A stretch of 61,078 nt of DNA, the filler included, from Sphacelaria rigidula (taxonomy: Eukaryota), in the NCBI GenBank assembly GCA_964200075.2. It is 10 parts of 10 records of this genome, joined end to end, with 100 filler letters (N's around TTAATTAATTAA, not from the genome) between each part and the next. Parts side by side here need not be neighbours in the genome. Positions count along the whole stretch, not along the records: positions 48,945 to 54,961 come from CAXNAA020022766.1; positions 55,062 to 61,078 come from CAXNAA020022767.1; 8 more parts are not named here. One strand, written 5' to 3'. The translations under genes and the position numbers were made by a program. Under the pieces are notes generated by a model that was not told where the DNA came from, did not search any database, and saw only the letters and a program-made list of their open reading frames with translations. Below, one piece after another: positions 50,770 through 61,078 of this stretch (position 1 is its first letter; the number at the start of each line of letters is the position of its first letter).

Positions 50770-51300
50770 TATGAAATCCACCGCGCACATGGGAAGAACG
50801 ACCGGCTCGAGTGTGACGCATGCAGGGGCATCCCACTTGTAGAGTACAGCAACAAAGAGCGACTCAAAATCGTCGCGAACCGGCTTATCGCACACCCGGA
50901 GCATGACGAACTTCTTCCGAATGAACTGTGTCGACTTCGCCCCGAACGCTCGACAAAGTACATGATGATAGTGATGCGCAGACGGAATGAGCTCGACAGA
51001 CCCTGGAACACTCAGCTGTACACGTGCTTCACTGACCTAGCGGAAGCATTTTACTCGGTTGACCGCGCTCTTCTCTAGACCGTGCTTGATCGATTCGGGC
51101 TGCCCGTCAAGATGGTCGGAATCATCCGCCACTTCTAAGATGGAATGAGTAGCTGTGTACGCATGAATGGCAGGGAATGATCAGACTAAATCGTAAATCG
51201 GGTGGGAGATTCTACAAAGATGTATGCTGCTCCAGCTGCTGTTAAGCATCCTCTCGACCACCGTTGAGCAGGCGTTCCTACAAGACAAAACGAAACGATT
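50770..51300 (+). pseudogene. RTE-type LINE RT fragment inside a channel intron
   Basis: RGIPLV..KIVANRL..RST..CFTDLAEAFYSVDRALL, with stops. Confidence 0.82.
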
Positions 51301-53069
51301 CTCATTGACACGGTGCAAATCGCAGGCCAGAAGAAGAGGGGAGAAGGCGATGATACAGTATAAGGGAAGGGAGTAGCACCGGCTCAAGGCTGCAAGGAGG
51401 AGAAGGTGGTACAGCAGTCTGAAGCGACGATGACTCGGGAGGAGAAAGACGAGGTACCTGAGTAGCAGCTGTGGATAATACTGGGCGACGATGACGCAGG
51501 CATTTTGTCAAGGTCGCAGGGAAGTCTCGCGGAGAAAATAACAGCCATCGTTAGATAATAGCTGTCGCCGCACTTCCGCTACGCCAGCCCGCACTTTCGA
51601 CTGTGGTCACAATGGTGCCGCGATTTGATATGTCGGCTATACTGTCTGGAGGTGTGGGTAGTAGTTTCCCGCGTTGCCGACACCGTCGCAATTGCTGCAG
51701 ACGCCGCCAGAGGGCGTCGGCGACAAGACAAGGCATTTCGTCCGTACCTCCTCAAGTGCGCGGCCGACACGGCGAGAACAGGCAACAACACCACCGAAGT
51801 TACCAAAGTGTGGCCGGTACATCGAGAGTGTCGGCAACGGGTACGGGCGACAACTGTGGCAAGCACTTACCCCGTAGATTCGTCGCAACTGTCACCGGTA
51901 GCGTCGACAACAATCGCGCTAGCGTGGGCAGCATCTGCGGAAGTCTCAGCTACGCATGCAGCAACTATTATTATCGACACCGAACCCGATTGTCTGCCAT
52001 GCTGAAGAAATGGACCGCCTCCAAAGAGTAAATTAGCAGCCAGAGAAAATTATTTTTTGCTCGATTTTTACATGCAAGTTTGCATTCTTGAGTATGTCTA
52101 TCATGAGACCACTGCTGGACCCCTGGGGGGTCAGTTAAAGTACGACAACCATTCAAATCAATCAAATTATCCTCAAAACGGGTCAACGGGTTTTTGATTT
52201 CCTCTGGGCTACTTGACAGCAACAACGTAAGCTTGAAAAAATAAAACAGAAAAAGGACGCAGGGTGCACCTGGATTTACAGATAAGATGGAGCCTTGGTA
52301 GCTAGCGGCACTGTGACTCTGTCGACTCGCCGAATCTGGTGATTGTTTCGACGGTGAAATATGTGTCGTTTGTATGACGTTTTGGCGTGAAGTAGGTTCC
52401 GGCACTCACCACCTTCGTGCGATGAGGTTTTGGGGTGCTCAAAACCGTCTCGCCCGGGGATAATATTCGGAGGGGCGGGGGGGGGAGAGGAGAGGGGGTG
52501 ATACGTGCACCGGTGCATACAAAACACCTCAGTACAGCATTGTGGATACCAGCATGGTGCCAAAAAACAACCAAGCACACACCAAGGATATTGATAAGGT
52601 GTGTTTGTGGTGGGTGATATACAACGTACCCGTGATATACACCGTGACCGACGATAGATCGCTGTGCACGAGACTGACCGTGTCCATCATGTTTACCGTA
52701 GCTTGAGGTAGACATCACCGAGACTCTACCTGAATCACACCAACGGGTGATGAGCTAAGCTAATCTTGGCACGATGCAAGCACCTACAGTACGTACTGTG
52801 CCGGGACACGTTGCATATCACCCCCCTTGGTATCACCCTCGGGCAATGAGCTCTCGGTTCCCAAAAATCGCCCGGGATTAGCATACTCGGTAATCTACGG
52901 TAGATGAGTAGCCCCGTTAAAGATTTTCCAAAACACATTCATCATGCTCGATCTCTCAGGTGCGTGAGGTGTGTATGTGCCCCTACAACACCCACCTGTG
53001 GTGTTTTTCCAGAAAAGAACTCACGAAGCAAAAGGTACGGAAGAGAGGACTCATACTGAAGGATCTCAC

Positions 53070-53201
53070 CTCTCGGAAAACGCTTATCTTTCGATACACG
53101 TGGTCGAAATGTTTTCGCATCCTAAGCTGCAGAGTCTTGGGCAACTTCCTCATGACCATATACTCTCGAATTTCGTCCATTTTCGCGCTTTTCGCGGTCG
53201 C
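53070..53201 (-). CDS. CNBD channel exon: C-linker (ATAKSAKMDEIREYMVMRKLPKTLQLRMRKHFDHVY)
   Basis: Canonical C-linker motif. CAG acceptor, GTGAGA donor, 132 nt. Confidence 0.9.
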
Positions 53202-53519
53202 CTGCGTTTGATTATTCGCCCGCGACGTGCGATGTACCGTGCGTGACAGCGTATATCACCCCGCATCACGAGTTTTCGCCTCTTTGCGTACCAAACGTTT
53301 GTTCTCCGTAGTTGAGCATTGGGTCACATTCCCACAGCCTGTTGGTACGCACCGAACTATTTCGTTAACTCTCGTTCTCCCGTTTTTGGGGGATATGAAT
53401 CCGCAAAACAAAATATGAGTGTTTTTCGCTCGTTCACCTACAATATCCACCCAAACTAGCGAAGAGTTAACGCTGATGTAATTACTTTGACCTCCGGAGC
53501 GCGGCGGCCTGTACTGTAC

Positions 53520-53591
53520 CCGTGGATCCATTGTCTCGACGATTACGGTGACCATCGCGATGATGAAACCGAATGCAGTAGATCCAATGAC
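53520..53591 (-). CDS. CNBD channel exon: S6 helix (VIGSTAFGFIIAMVTVIVETMDPR)
   Basis: GxxxFxxII S6 pattern. 72 nt, AG/GT, in phase with the next exon. Confidence 0.85.
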
Positions 53592-54690
53592 CTGAATGAC
53601 GGCGCACGATTAATCGAGCGAACAGAACGACCAATCCGAGGGTGATTGAGGTAGGGCACGTGTAAGGGTACAACTCAGCGTTGCAGGGAATCTGGAGCAC
53701 TTAGTTCTGTTTGTCTCAGTCGACAATCCACCTATAGTACCTCGGAACACTTGGTATGGCGATCGATACCTCATGTACTTACTAACCCGGGGTACTAGGT
53801 GATGCATACACCCTGGAAATCCATAGTACCATGGGAGTACGGTGCCCTACCCCAACCACCGTTGAATAACTTGAAAAATAAAGGTAGACAAGAGAGAGCA
53901 GCAAAATTTCTGTGAACCTGGTGGTCTGGGTGAAGGATGACGATTGACGAAACTAACGATGATGGCTCGAGAAAATTAAGAAGAACGTCAGCAACACAGC
54001 GATAGACCTAATAGCCCGGGTGATGGACGATGATCGACAACGAGAACGTCGACGACTCAAAACATGTAGGCACACTCTAGGGCAGCACCACAACACTTCG
54101 AGAAAATAAACAGCAAACGAACAACACACAAAGAAATCGCCAGTCACCGTGAGGCGGAAAACAACAGTGACTGGATGGTGTTGCATTGAATGGCCCCTGA
54201 ACTATTGGCAGTTTTATATCCTGACCTGTTTGTTTTGGTGGATATATACTACATGCCGGTTGTGCTAGCGTATGTAAAGCGCAAACATTTTACGTGTGTA
54301 TCTATGCATGGTTGGCCCTACTGTAGACCTACTTATGACCACGATTGTATTTCGTACGGAACGGGTAATATGAGACGGCCATTGTGTATATCTGGAGTTT
54401 GTAGTAATCACCCTCCGAGGACAGTCCCAAGAAAAGAGGTGGGGAACCTTCAACAACAGTAAAGGGCCAAACAAACAAACAAACGGACGAACAAACAAAC
54501 CGACTGACGCACACGACATGCGAACTGACGTGAGAAACTCCGGAACTTTTATACTGTAGCGTCCTCGAGGACTCCAGCGACAACACTCTGGGATGGGAAT
54601 CAGAGGTGACTACCACATATACATGCATACATACATAAATACATACAATTGCTATATCAACAATGATATTTCATCCATCAAAATCCACTT

Positions 54691-54961
54691 GGTCACCCCG
54701 GTGGCTCAGTTGGTTCCCTCGGCACCTTCTGACGGCTGGGTTGTGGGTTGAAGTCCCGGAGCGATCTGGGATTTTTTTTCACACAATGCCCGACAGTGGC
54801 GAGCGACTAAAATATGTCGTGCGTACACAAAATTCGACTTGACAGTCGACGAGGGAAAGGGACTATTGAACCCCTCTCGCGATGAAAAATAAAGGCAAGC
54901 ACCGCAGAAGGAAGGTGGAGTACTAAAAACAAAGAAAAAAGAAAAAAACTCCTGTGTTGAC
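54691..54961 (+). mobile_element. tRNA-derived SINE, 5' part, cut by the scaffold end
   Basis: GGTCACCCCGGTGGCTCAGTTGG head followed by the conserved body. Confidence 0.85.
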
Positions 54962-55061
54962 NNNNNNNNNNNNNNNNNNNNNNNNNNNNNNNNNNNNNNN
55001 NNNNNTTAATTAATTAANNNNNNNNNNNNNNNNNNNNNNNNNNNNNNNNNNNNNNNNNNNN
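54962..55061. other. Artificial scaffold linker
   Basis: 44N-TTAATTAATTAA-44N. Confidence 0.98.
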
Positions 55062-55457
55062 AGTTCCTTCGGCATCAGGACGGCAGTCTCCCCCCGTAGG
55101 TCTCTGACTTCTCTAGCGATACGCCTTCCTTACATATATATATAGATATATATATATATATTCACACACATGATCGGGATCGAGCCAGTTCACCGAAAAT
55201 ACCGAAAAACTCGAACCTGGGGTTGCACTTTCGCAGGACCCCCCAAATCGGTCAGGCCCGTAAGTCACTCAATATTGATTGTAGGTTTTCTTCTTCCGTC
55301 ATCTTTCAACAGGAGTATTATATTTCCAGAACCCCATATTGTGGCATCTAACATCAACTGTGATGAGTGGTGGCCAGATTTGGAAAATCTCCAAGTAACT
55401 AAGAAATTACTGATTCCGAGGACTTCTGATGCTGACTACTGTAGAATTTTGGAGGTC

Positions 55458-55678
55458 TCTGACGAAACTACGCCGTTACGTTGAGTTGGTAGTGATGATC
55501 TGGATAATGACCAGGGACACCAGATTGATACCCTGGCGTGTCTAGTAGGGGGGTGCCTTGGAACAGAACTCCATGATGATGAAATGTTGTGAAGACTGAC
55601 AACTGAAGCTGAGGCCAGTAAGACTAGGGAGTCCCCAACAGCAGTGATCCACCAGTTCTTCTTCTGGCTGGCGTCACA
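55458..55678 (+). repeat. 5' LTR (~221 bp)
   Basis: T(C)TGACG...CGTCACA, homologous to 59749-60255. Followed by TTGATATTAGTG (degenerate tRNA-Met-like PBS). Confidence 0.88.
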
Positions 55679-58534
55679 AATTTGATATTAGTGTTAGTGC
55701 TAGTGTTAATGCTAGAAATAGCACCTAGCAAAACCTGCGGGGAGGATTCGGCGGAGAGTCTGGCTGGTGGCTGGGGACAACCTGATGCATCACGGACGCG
55801 TGAAGGGGGTTCAAGCTGATGGTAGCTGCAGAAAGGCGGCTGACCTGTGATTGATCCAGACTGGAGACTTGCTGAAGCTGCGTGCAGCGGGAGTTTGGAG
55901 ACTCCTACGACTGTGTGGTGCGAATACGAAGCAAGGAGGTGTGCATTTCGCGAAGGTCCGCTGGCCTGCGAAAGGTCCGCAGGTAGCCGGCTGCAGCTAT
56001 GGCAACCGGCTCGTGTAGTACGACCAGCGTGACGCCCATGGTTATGCGGGAATAGCTGCCATCTCCCCAATACGGGGATAAGGAGTCCGAGAGTGCATCT
56101 CACGCTTTTTATACGAAGTACTCGGAGTACAGAAAGCGTGTGGAGCACGCTAACGCAGGGGGTGCAGTGTGACACCAGGTAGAGTCGATGGTTCAACAAG
56201 TACCGACGTATGTGCAAAACGTTTTTGCGCGTGTGGAACATAAAAATAGCACAATCACCCCGCCGCAATTGATTGAGGCGATGAAAAAGCATACTGGGCA
56301 TGCGGCGGGCACTTGCTACTGTTGTGGCCAGGTCGGCCATTACGCGTGCGATTGCCCAACGTCTTCCGGTGGAGAGTCTGAGAAGTCTCATGCCGCGCTC
56401 CATCAGCATCGTCAGCACAAGCGCAAAGAACGAGGTAGTCGGGGTAGTGGCGGCGGCAGATCCTCCGGCGGTGGAGGGTCGCAGTCGAGTCCTCTGCACC
56501 AGCAGCACCAGCAGCACCAGCAGGGGCAGCGGCGTCAGCATGAATCTAGTTCTGGGTCCGGCGCCGCCGTAGGTGCTGCTGCTCCGCAACGGACGGTGCA
56601 GGTGGGGCCGACTCCTATAGTGTAAAACACTGCGCCAGTGGCGACGCCGGCAGCAGCGCCAGGCGCGACGCCTGCTGATGCGCCGGTCGGAGGTTCGCCA
56701 AATTCTTGGTCTGCTGGCTGGGGATCATATCCGCCGGCGGTGCCGTTTCAACCTGCCAGGGCGTCTTCGTCTGCGCAGCTTGTGCTCCGTGGCGTCAAGC
56801 GGGATTAGCGGCGCATCGATCGGCGAAAATATTGCCAGTGGAGTTTGCGGACATATGCATTCCTGCGGAGCTGTGGTTTCCAAATCAATGGGGGCGTGGA
56901 GCCATTGCCGTTCGAGCTAAGTGGGATTCTGGCGCCCACTTGACGGGTCATGTGAGTCTGTCGGCACAGATTGTAGACATGCTGGAGCGTCTTCTCCTGG
57001 GTGTGTTGCTGCGCATTCCGTTTTCGCTCGGGGCGCGGCAGGCTGTCACCGTGTCGGGTCAGCATGTTTACGTCACAGAGAGTACTGTTCCGCTGCAGCT
57101 AACTTTCACGACTTCTTGGGGACCGGCGCCGTTGCCTCCGATCTCGTTTGCGATCATGCCGAGGTCGGATGGCGTCATTCTTCTGGGGTTTCCGACGCTT
57201 CAGAATCTTGGAGTCGACCCGTATGCGTGGCTGTGCGGCTCCGAATGGAGACGCCCGCCGTTTTGGGCAGTCGTCGCGTGAGCTGGTCGGTGAATGTTTT
57301 TCAGGAGGCTGGGGGGCAGGTGACCGAGGAGCGGGATGCGGCGATAAAACGCTCGGTAGAGCGCGGCCCGGAAATGTTCATGGATCCGGCGGAAGAGGAG
57401 TCTTCTCGGAAGGTCGCGCTGGAGGAGAGTGTGACGGATGCTGTGGGGAAAGGCCTCAGCGTCTCAAAAGCGGGGCGCCGGCGTGTCATACCGCTTCGCC
57501 GCGTCAGCGCGTTCCGTCGTGCGCTGCGGGGTGATCCCCCTCCGCGTTTGGAGCCCATGCATGTTCAGCTCAAACCCGGGGCGTTCGCGGTGAAGACGAA
57601 GCCGCGGCGGTACGATCCGGTGACGTCGAGTTGGTTGGCGTCGTACATGGGGGCTCGTTTGGCACTCGGGATGGTGCTACGGAATTTGCAGGCGGGATGG
57701 TCCAGTACAGATCTAGCGTTTCCGAAAAAGGCTGCACCGTGGACGGAGGGCAGCCTGCAGGCGTGGGCGGCAGCGAGGGATCTGGTGGCTCCTGCCGTGA
57801 CGCTGTTCCATCCTCGTCCCGATTGTCAGGTGTTACCGCTTCCGAATGCATCTGAGTGTCATGTCGGGTCGTTTGGTCATGCAGGTGCCTAAAGTTGAAA
57901 TGCAAAGACGCGTGCCGGTTGAGGATATGACGCATGAACCACCGGGTAGTTTGGTCATGCAAGTGACTAAAGTTGAAAGGCAAAGACGCGTGCCGGTTGA
58001 GGATATGACGCATGAACCGTTGGCTTTCCTCAGTGGAAATTTCAAGGGATCGCAGTTGCATTGGGCCACAATTGACGAGGAAGGTTCTGCTATCGTGAGC
58101 ACGTTCCGTCGTTTGGGGCAGCTTTTGTGGGATAGCATGCACACTTCCACGGATCACCAAAATCTCGTGTATAATTTCAACCCGGAAGCGTGCGCTACGT
58201 CTGTGTCGGAAGCATTCGCACAACGTTCGGAGGGTTGGAAAGCTGTTCTTGACCAGTGTCGTTACTCGATTTGCCATGTTTCGGGTGACCGTAACGCTTG
58301 GGGTGACTTGCTTACGCGTTGGGTGAATATCCCGGGTTCGCCTGTGCGCGCTGTGACTGTGTATGGTTCGTGTGAACCTGATGACTCGATGCCGTTCAAA
58401 TATGTTGTCCGCCAAGCGCAACGAAAAGATCTTGGGGCCGAAGATGCGGATGCGCAATCTTTCGAGTCGCACGTTAGTACTGCTATCTTGGACAATGGAG
58501 GTCTGTTTCGTGTGCATGTGCATGATCAACGGTT

Positions 58535-59293
58535 TTGTGGATTCCAAGCTCTGACAAGCAGTTTCAGGTACGTCTAATGATTTGTGCGCACATGCACGAC
58601 GCTGGGCATCGTGGTGTGGCTGCGACGCTCGTGTGCTTGCAAGAGTTTTGTGCCTGGCAGGGGATAGAAACTCATGTGCGCGAACTTGTCCGCCAGTGTC
58701 TTCACTGTGCTGACTCGAGGGCGGGCGATGTTGTTCCCCGCCCGCTCGGTGAAACGGTCCATGGGACCATGCCGAATGAAGTCGTTCACTTTGACTTCTC
58801 GTACGTGGGCGAGAGTGGCCCGCTAGCTTCCCATGGTTTGTCAGAGGACGCTGGGTTTCGATACATTTTGGTAATCATGGGTGATTTGAGCAATTTTGTG
58901 GCTCTGGAACCAGTAGCCGTGTGTACTGCTAAACCGACTGCTGCGTCTTTGCTAAAATGGTGCAAACCTTTGGGGGTGCCGCGTGTGTGGGTGAATGATA
59001 CCGCCACGCATTTCAAGAATGCGATCTTGGCCCGATTGCGAGAGGTTTTGCACGTTGATCACCAGTTTGCGGTGGCGTATTCTCCGTGGTCTAACGGCAC
59101 GTGCGAGCGCATGGTCGAGGAAGTAGTTCGTGCTCTTCGCTCTATTCTTCTCGAGCAGCGTAGAGCAGTTTGCGAGTGGGTGGAGGTATTGCCTGCGGTG
59201 CAATGGGCGCTCAATACATCGTGTCGTCGTCGTTGCGATAGTACGCTGTACCACGTGATGTTTGATTGTGCAAGTGGACTGATCTATGGATAG
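58535..59293 (+). CDS. Gypsy integrase (HHCC plus catalytic core), degenerate
   Basis: AHMHDAGH..CLHC, VVHFDF, WVNDTATHF and WSNGTCER motifs. Confidence 0.9.
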   Translation: MWIPSSDKQFQVRLMICAHMHDAGHRGVAATLVCLQEFCAWQGIETHVRELVRQCLHCADSRAGDVVPRPLGETVHGTMPNEVVHFDFSYVGESGPLASHGLSEDAGFRYILVIMGDLSNFVALEPVAVCTAKPTAASLLKWCKPLGVPRVWVNDTATHFKNAILARLREVLHVDHQFAVAYSPWSNGTCERMVEEVVRALRSILLEQRRAVCEWVEVLPAVQWALNTSCRRRCDSTLYHVMFDCASGLIYG

Positions 59294-59419
59294 TGGTTGG
59301 GGCTCACTACCCGCACGTGTTTGAGATGCGGTACATTTGTTTCGCGTCGCGTTCAGACCGCCCATGTAGCTCGTTTGCGTTTTCATGCAGACTCGCAGCT
59401 TTATGTTACAGCTGACGTT

Positions 59420-59630
59420 GAGGACGAGTTCCAGTTTGTTTTTAATCAGGAGCAATTTCAGATTACTGGTATCGTCCGAGTAGCAGAAGCAGACGATCGT
59501 TCGTTGATCGTGTTGGTCGACTGGGTTGGTTCCGAAGTTGAGAAGCGTACGTGGGAGCCTTTCAAGGGCATTTTCGACGCCGCTCCAAAATTTCTTACGA
59601 AGGAGTTGCGTAAATTGCGCGTGATTCGTG
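59420..59630 (+). CDS. Integrase-associated chromodomain
   Basis: FQITGIV..VLVDWVGSEVEKRTWEPFKGI. Confidence 0.8.
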
Positions 59631-59748
59631 TCGTTGCTGCTCGCATTACGAGTGAGTTTGGTATTCGGTTGGGACTTACTCATCGTTTTGGCGTTTTCTA
59701 TGTGTCAGGCTTGTTGATCCATTTTCGCCCAACGCGCTTCGGGGGTGC

Positions 59749-60255
59749 TGTGACGAAATAACGCCGATACGTTGAGTTGGTAGTGGAGTGATGCTACGGT
59801 AGAGGTGCACAAATATTTTCTGAGGCAAAAATTGGTAGCAGCCCTTTACCTCATCCAAAACACGACTTATGAAATATGTGAGAGTACGCCGGGATTGCTA
59901 TTCCAACGTGCTGGGGACATCCCGAATGAATTTGCGAACGGGGATGCCCTGACCCATATTCTTATGCATCTAGAATCGTTAGAAGCCTTTGAACCAGACA
60001 AGATTGTGCATAACAGGTGCACCTCTACCGGCGCATTGCTCAGTAGTGATCCGAATAATGACCGTTGGTAGTGATGATGTGGATAATGACCAAGGACACG
60101 AGATTGATACCCTGGCGTGTCTAGGAGGGTGCCTTGGAACGGCACTCCATGATAATGAAATGTTGTGAAGGCTGGCAACTGAAGCTGAGGCCAGTAAGAC
60201 TGGGGAGTCCATCAACAGCAGTGATCCACCATTTCTTCTTCTGGCTGGCGTCAGA
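59749..60255 (+). repeat. 3' LTR interrupted by a MITE and a short local duplication
   Basis: TGTGACGAAA starts after GGGGGTGC. The LTR resumes at ~60041/60064 and ends CGTCAGA. Confidence 0.88.
59787..60040 (+). mobile_element. Complete AG...CT MITE (254 bp) in the 3' LTR
   Basis: 24-bp TIRs AGTGATGCTACGGTAGAGGTGCAC / GTGCACCTCTACCGGCGCATTGCT. Flanks TAGTGG/CAGTAG. Absent from the 5' LTR. Confidence 0.88.
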
Positions 60256-60829
60256 GGTCGTACTGGATCTACTCAAATTTTGAGTAGAGTATTGAGGTCA
60301 TATCCAAGTGATATTCTATACTCAAGTAGTACTGAGAGTGCTTACTCAATATTTAAGTACAGTATTGAGGTCAAACCCGAGTGATACTCTATACCCAAGT
60401 ACTACTTACAATAGAGTATCGGAGGTCGTACCCGACCTACTCAAATTTTGAGTAAACATTTTGAAGGCCTTACTCAATTTACTCAAAACTTGAGTAGAGT
60501 ATTCTTGGCCGTGCTCGACCTATTCAAATTCCGAGTAGAATATTGGGGTCATACCCAAGTGACAATCTATACTCAAGTAGTACTGAGAGTGCTTACTCAA
60601 TATTTCAGTGGAGTTTTGAGGTCACAACCAAGTGATACTCTATACCCAAGTACTACTGAGAGTGCTTACTTGTTATTTGAGTAGAGTATCGGAGGTCGTA
60701 CTCGATCTGCTCAAATTTTGAGGAGAGTATTTGAGGCCATACTCGACCTACTCAAATTTTGAGTAGAGTAAATGCTCGGGTATGTTACCCGAATACTCAA
60801 AAGTACATACTCTACTCGACTTGCCATTG
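60256..60829. mobile_element. hAT-like element made of internal GAGTAGAGTATTGAGGTC tandem repeats
   Basis: Terminus TACTCTACTCGACTTGCCATTG matches the TIR of the 20310-20514 MITE. Confidence 0.72.
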
Positions 60830-61078
60830 GAGGTTTGCACCGTGCGGTGGCTCGAACGATGACTAAGAGCCGTGTGAGTGTACTGCAGCTGCTATGTTGT
60901 CGATGCAAGGCACGTGGGAAGGCAGGTAGTCAGATCGTGGCTGGACTTGTACAGAGCTTTCTACAAGCCGCGACTTGAACATAACTATCTACCAGTCGCG
61001 GTTGGTAAATAGCCTTTCCCTTTGTCATATAACAGCCGATCCTCACTTTTGGGGTTGAAACATAAAATGAGGTTGAAG

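Larger units (their letters stand above)
55458..60255 (+). mobile_element. Two-LTR chromodomain Ty3/Gypsy element, decayed, RT core deleted
   Basis: LTR pair, degenerate PBS, Gag CCHC (CYCCGQVGHYACDC), protease WDSGA, RNase H, integrase, chromodomain and a G-rich PPT. (GA)GGTC occurs on both flanks. Confidence 0.92.

Noticed and set aside
55624..59683. Long minus-strand ORFs (55624-56589, 57570-58547, 58952-59683) as genes
   Set aside because: They are antisense shadows of the gag/pol frames with no recognisable motifs.

Overview
This window is not one locus. It is ten unrelated short scaffolds (6019, 6018 x6 and 6017 x3 bp, in descending size) joined by artificial 100-bp linkers (44N-TTAATTAATTAA-44N), so no synteny holds across linkers. 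The DNA is intron-rich, repeat-dense eukaryotic nuclear sequence, most likely a brown alga or other stramenopile (inference from element and splice-site style). Host-gene pieces: five exons plus one probable upstream exon of an EEF1AKMT4/METTL13-type SAM methyltransferase (one intron apparently GC-AG), and three exons of a cyclic-nucleotide-binding-domain cation channel. Mobile DNA dominates. There are two decayed Ty3/Gypsy elements: one with a WLDD RT motif and C-terminal chromo-like plus Tudor-like modules, and one two-LTR chromodomain element lacking its RT core. Also present are RTE-type LINE relics, an intron-containing Sola-like transposase, a possible RAG1/Transib-like relic, seven copies of a tRNA-derived SINE, and several MITE families. 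The most notable MITEs are a ~255-bp family with AG...CT termini and 6-bp TSDs (the Polinton/Maverick signature) and a TGT...ACA family carrying telomere-like CCCTAA repeats. All family calls come from manual motif reading; no database searches were run.
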